A stretch of 64,000 nt of DNA, from NCBI RefSeq assembly GCF_009914755.1, contig NC_060940.1; one strand, given 5' to 3'. The DNA comes from the human T2T-CHM13v2.0 reference genome, Homo sapiens. The translations under genes and the position numbers were made by a program. This document shows, piece by piece, positions 59,613 through 64,000 of the stretch (its first letter is position 1; every line of letters starts with the position of its first letter). The notes beneath the pieces were generated by a model that was not told the DNA's origin, searched no databases, and was given only the letters and a program-made list of their open reading frames with translations.

Positions 59613-60056
59613 GTTTCAGCCTTTTATTCGTGGAAGCCCCACTGTCTATTGTCAGTGTGCTCAGAATTAGATTACTGTCCCCATTTCTTTTGAGAAAGCA
59701 CAAGACGTCTCAGTCTCTAGTTCCCCAAATAATGCTTCCTCTCAGAAGTGGAGACATCGTAGGACTCCCCTGCTAGGGCTTTGATGAACTTTGAATGAAA
59801 CCATGCACGGAAAGTGCTTATCACAGTGCCTGGCACTCCGTAGCCCCTGAGTAAACAGCAGCCACCAGTGGCAGCAGCAGCAGCATTAGTACTAATATCG
59901 TAAACATGAACTTGAGAGACAGGGTGCAAGTCTAATCAGCAGTTCTCTTTCTGCCTCTCATCTCCCTCCACGATCCTATTTTAAGCCACACTCTTTATCC
60001 TTTAGATGGTTTTATGAGATTGAGATTTTTCTCAGGCATCTTGTCCCTGAGTGCAG

Positions 60057-60074
60057 CAGCGCCATCTTGTGGTC
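60057..60074 (-). promoter_or_regulatory. CTCF-binding motif
   Basis: Reverse strand GACCACAAGATGGCGCTG, close match to CCASYAGRKGGCRSY. Confidence 0.75.
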
Positions 60075-60384
60075 ATTACTGGTTATGGCGCTGTCCTAGA
60101 TCTAAGCTCCCAAACTCCGAGCCGCAGCCAGAACCCAGGCTTGGGAGGCAGCAGGGATTTTGAAAGCCAATGTGGCAGTCGGGCCAACACACCAGATTAC
60201 ACACTACACCCTAAGAGGGTTTAAGTTTCCTCTGCGTCATTTCGGGACAGCTGCTTAGTGTTGACCATTTCTGTTTGTGGCTGTCCTCTCTCATAATGGG
60301 CTCTGTCTTGCCCTTTCTCTGCATCTGCTGCTCCCTCTGTCTTGAGCTTTCAGGCACCGTCTACAAACGGGGTTTAAAATGAGC

Positions 60385-60402
60385 TAGCGCCATCTACTGG
60401 GC
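60385..60402 (-). promoter_or_regulatory. CTCF-binding motif
   Basis: Reverse strand GCCCAGTAGATGGCGCTA, full match to the core consensus. Confidence 0.8.
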
Positions 60403-60697
60403 GAATGCCGTAAGGTCGGTTGTGAGGTCCCGGAATCTGCAAAGGAATGAATGAATTACAAATCTGTGGCTTTATGGGGGGAATGTCGGTACGTAATAGG
60501 ATTCTGATGTCACCTCCCTTTATTTGCGACCCTTTCTCAGTGTAAGCCTCATATCTACTGTGTTAACTTTAGTACAGGTTACTTTGTCAGGATCCCAATG
60601 TGAAAATCAACCACACTGTCTTCAGTGCTTCCCAGAGAGGGGTCTTTGGACCAACCTGCGTCGTAGTCATCCAGGGACATTTAAGAATGCAGGCTCC

Positions 60698-60995
60698 GGC
60701 TGGGCGTGGTGGCTCTCACCTGTAATTCCAGCGCTTTGAGAGGCTGAGGCGGGCAGGGCTTGAGGCCAGGACTTTAAGACCAGCCTGGGCAACACAGCAA
60801 GACCTTGTCTCTACAAAAATACAATAATAACAATAAAAATTAGACAGGTGTAATGATGCACTTCTGTAGTCCTAGCTACTTGGGAGGCTGAGGCTTGAGG
60901 ATCACTTGAGCCCAGGAGTTGGAGGCTGTAGTGAGCTATGATCACACCACTGCACTTCACCCTGGGCGACAGAGCAAGACTCTGTCTCTAAAAAA
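60698..60995 (+). mobile_element. Alu (AluJ-like) inserted in a MER5-like MITE (~60620-61135)
   Basis: Dimeric Alu; flanks cagtgcttccca... and ...gtagggccctggaatgtgcatttt...gtgtgagaaccactg. Confidence 0.85.
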
Positions 60996-62296
60996 GAGAA
61001 TTTGGTCTTGGAGGCCCTGTGCAAAATCTACAGCATCAAGCTCTCAGGGTAGGGCCCTGGAATGTGCATTTTGAACACTTCCCCCTTTTCCCACCAAGAG
61101 AATCGGGCACACGCTGAAGTGTGAGAACCACTGCCATTATGGAGAAGAGGCTTCCCGCCCCCTCACCTGCCACTCTAGAAATCCAGAGAAGAGATTCCAC
61201 TTGGATTAAGACTTGCATAAGTGGGGAGTTGAGTCCAGTCTCTTTCCCCCACTGCAATACCCTGTTGCGGTGACATGTAATAATAATAAAAAGACTTGCA
61301 TGAACTCCTTTCTGTGCAAATGAGAGCAAGCATCTCTGACAAAACCACAGTGCCCCTGTCGCTCATTTTGTGTGTGGTTTCAGTGATAACAGACCCAAAG
61401 TCCTGGGACCAGCATCTGGCACACCATGGGGGCTCAAATGGGTCACTACTGCTGCTGTTACCTGTGTGAGGCCGGCTGGAGGCCTCCTCAGCATTCCTCA
61501 CCCCCTCCCATCCACCTCTGCTTGGGAGGTGGGGGAAAATGGTTTATACTTTCATATCAAGGCTCGGCCTGCCACCTCGGGCCCTTCTCCCAGAGCAGGG
61601 CTCACTTCAAGCAAAGCACACAGCCATGTTGGAAAGATTCCAGTACTGAGGTCACCCCCTTCCTGGGTGGCACCTCTCTGAGCCTCAGTTTTCCCATTCC
61701 TAATACAGAGAATTGTATTAGAGTCTGTGCTGTCCCTTCCAGCTCTGACGTTCAGGGTGGCTCAGTGCTTTGGAAGCCCCTTCCCCATGTGGCACTTCCA
61801 TGGTGTCTGGGTCTGGTGTGTGCAGAGACCCACCCCCCTCAGAATGCCGATTTCTCTTGCTTTGGTTCTTTCTCTGCCTGCTACCCCTAACCCATTTTGC
61901 ACAAATTGTGAGCCATGTAGGTGCCCGATACACGAGTGCTTGGTTTTCAAAAGCCTTCATATTGTGCCTACCTCATCCCCAGCAATTCTGTTGCTGGGAA
62001 ATTTTTCTAAGGCAATCATGATCGCAGATGTGCCCAAGATTAGCCATCAGACTCCGAGCAGCACTGTTTATAATGCTGGCCAAACCTGAAAAAGTTAAAT
62101 GTGCAGGACTGTAATAAATTATGGTACAGCTAGACTATACCATAACCATTAACCATGTGCAGTCATTAATGATTCTTCTGGAATGTAATTTTTTTAAGGA
62201 CATGAGCAAAAATTCACACTATATTAGGTGAAAAAAGTGGATTATTAAAAACTTATGTATGATAATAGATCTAATTTTGTGTATACAAAAATTTGT

Positions 62297-62603
62297 GGCT
62301 GGGCATGATGGTTCATGCCTGTAATCCCAGCACTTTGGGAGGCTGAGGTGGGCGGATCACCTGGGGTCAGGAGTTTGAGACCAGCCTGACCAATATGGTG
62401 AAACCCCATCTCTACTAAAAATAAAAAAATTAGCCGGGCTGTGGTGGCATGCCGGTAATCCCAGCTACTCAGGAGGCTGAGGCAGGAGAATTGCTTGAAT
62501 GCAGAAGGCAGATGTTGCAGTGAGCCGAGATCGCGCCACTGGACTCCAGCCTGGGTGGTGACAGAGGGAGACCCTGTCTCAAAAAAAAAAAAAAAAAAAA
62601 AAA
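62297..62603 (+). mobile_element. AluS
   Basis: Full dimer, long A tail. Confidence 0.95.
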
Positions 62604-63750
62604 TATTGTGCATGTACTGAAAAATTTGCTTGCAGGGAATACATTGATTCCTGAGATGACAGTGACTGCGGATGACTTTCATGTTTGTGTTTTTCTCTTG
62701 TCGGTATTATCTAAATTAAAATCCGTGGTTGACTGAATGGCAGGATGTGCAGGGAGGGTTGTCAGGAAGGGGCCATTTATCAGAAGGAGAGAACAGACAC
62801 CAGAAAGGGCATGGGCTGTCAATCAAATACCGTTGAGGTGTTTGGGAGTGTGGAGTGGTCACCTCTGAGGCCATTTGCATGATAAAGACCCATGTGAACT
62901 TCCACCAGTTTTGAAAAGAGACCTGGCCATCCTGGGAAGAAAAAGACTGTCTGGAAGGGCAGTGGCTGGGCCCCTGGAGATCAGAGGCTTTTATGACTCC
63001 CTGGAGGGAATGCATTGCAGCTGGCATGGAGGGTGAGGCTGCCAAGAGCTCACCACATCAAAGGGGTGGGCATGGCAGTGGGGGGCTCTGGGGTGCACCA
63101 ATGGTTTCGATCAAAACAGGAGCCATGCCCAGACCAGGAGGAGCGTTCTGTGTGGTGAGGGTCCTGTAGAGGATAGCATACGGAATAAACGTCAGGATCA
63201 CACTGGGGAGACTGACGCAGCTGAGCCAGGAGGCAAGGAAGAAAGAGGAAGACTGTATTCTGTCCAGTTGGTATAAAAATCAAACTCAGCCAGCATCGCC
63301 CTCTGCTTTATGTTCAACTCTCCAGGTAGCCACCTAGAAAACCTTTTCACACCCATTGTCCCCACCCTCTGAGTAGACAGAATGGAGAGTTTTATTTCAC
63401 AGCTGGAGAAACTAGGGCTAAAGGAGCTCAATGATCTCACTGGTGTTACTTCCTAACCAGACCTGTGCTGTGGGACTGTCCCGCAGGACGAAAGCAGCAG
63501 CTAGGCGTGACCATGGGGAGCCCCCTTGCCCCATAGGTAAATGCCGTCACCCTTTCCCAGCCTCAGATGATAGGGGTTCTGGGACAGAGAGACCCTGAAC
63601 ATAGAGTGCTGTGGGGAGTGGCGCATGCCTGGAACATGCTGTGTGGACAGAGGAGGTGGGAGAGATGAGGTGGTTTGGGCTAAGTAGAAGAGCAACTGTG
63701 GGAGGGACTGCATTCTGGAAACCCCAGAGCAGGGGATGAGGAAGAAATTG

Positions 63751-63819
63751 ATCAAGCAATCCTCCCAGCTCGACCTCCCAAAGTCCTAGGATTACAAGCT
63801 TGAGCCACTGTGCCTGGCC
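63751..63819 (-). mobile_element. Alu 5' fragment
   Basis: tcaagcaatcctccc...ctcccaaagtcctaggattaca...gagccactgtgcctggcc. Confidence 0.75.
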
Positions 63820-64000
63820 TACCTGGATTGTGGTGTGTGTATCTGCTCTCTGGGCCTCAGTTTCCCCATTTGGTGAACATTGGGCCCTGGGTTAGGTGCT
63901 TCCTATATATGCTCCCTTATTCTTGTGAGAACTTCATCCCTAATTATCTGATGAGAAAGCTGAGGGTCAGGCAGAGCCAGTGGGACTTGAAGTCAGGGCC

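Noticed and set aside
57200-64000. Short GC-richer ORFs downstream (e.g. 58123-58551, 61426-61890) or an antisense lncRNA
   Set aside because: No recognisable domain, no consistent exon chain, overlap with repeats; a lncRNA cannot be supported from sequence alone

Overview
Human (primate) genomic DNA, judged from Alu/L1PB/Tigger content, covering the entire coding part of CYLD (CYLD lysine-63 deubiquitinase, USP family) on the + strand. I reconstructed 17 GT-AG coding exons by hand, from ATG 3342 to TAA 50187-50189. They sum to 2871 nt (956 aa) and include a 9-nt microexon at 28843-28851 that the ORF track cannot see. A ~5.4-kb 3' UTR ends near ATTAAA 55593, followed by ~8 kb of non-coding flank with a pair of CTCF-type motifs. 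The promoter and upstream non-coding exons are outside the window. Introns are rich in Alu, L1, L2, MIR and DNA transposons, including a near-full-length Tigger1. I see no second gene and no CRISPR-like or otherwise novel protein-coding system. The most interesting unexplained signals are at the RNA-processing and genome-structure level: (1) a microexon whose 3' end doubles as an AG|GT recursive splice site; (2) an Alu inserted on and duplicating the likely branch point of the catalytic His/Asp exon; (3) a TACTAAC box abutting an acceptor; (4) a cryptic donor hidden in a UG repeat after the catalytic Cys exon; (5) a pre-miRNA-sized Tigger3 hairpin in the 3' UTR; (6) a 131-bp templated insertion inside a MER5; (7) a three-layer nest of DNA transposons. 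Repeat subfamily names are from recognition of consensus motifs, not from a RepeatMasker run.
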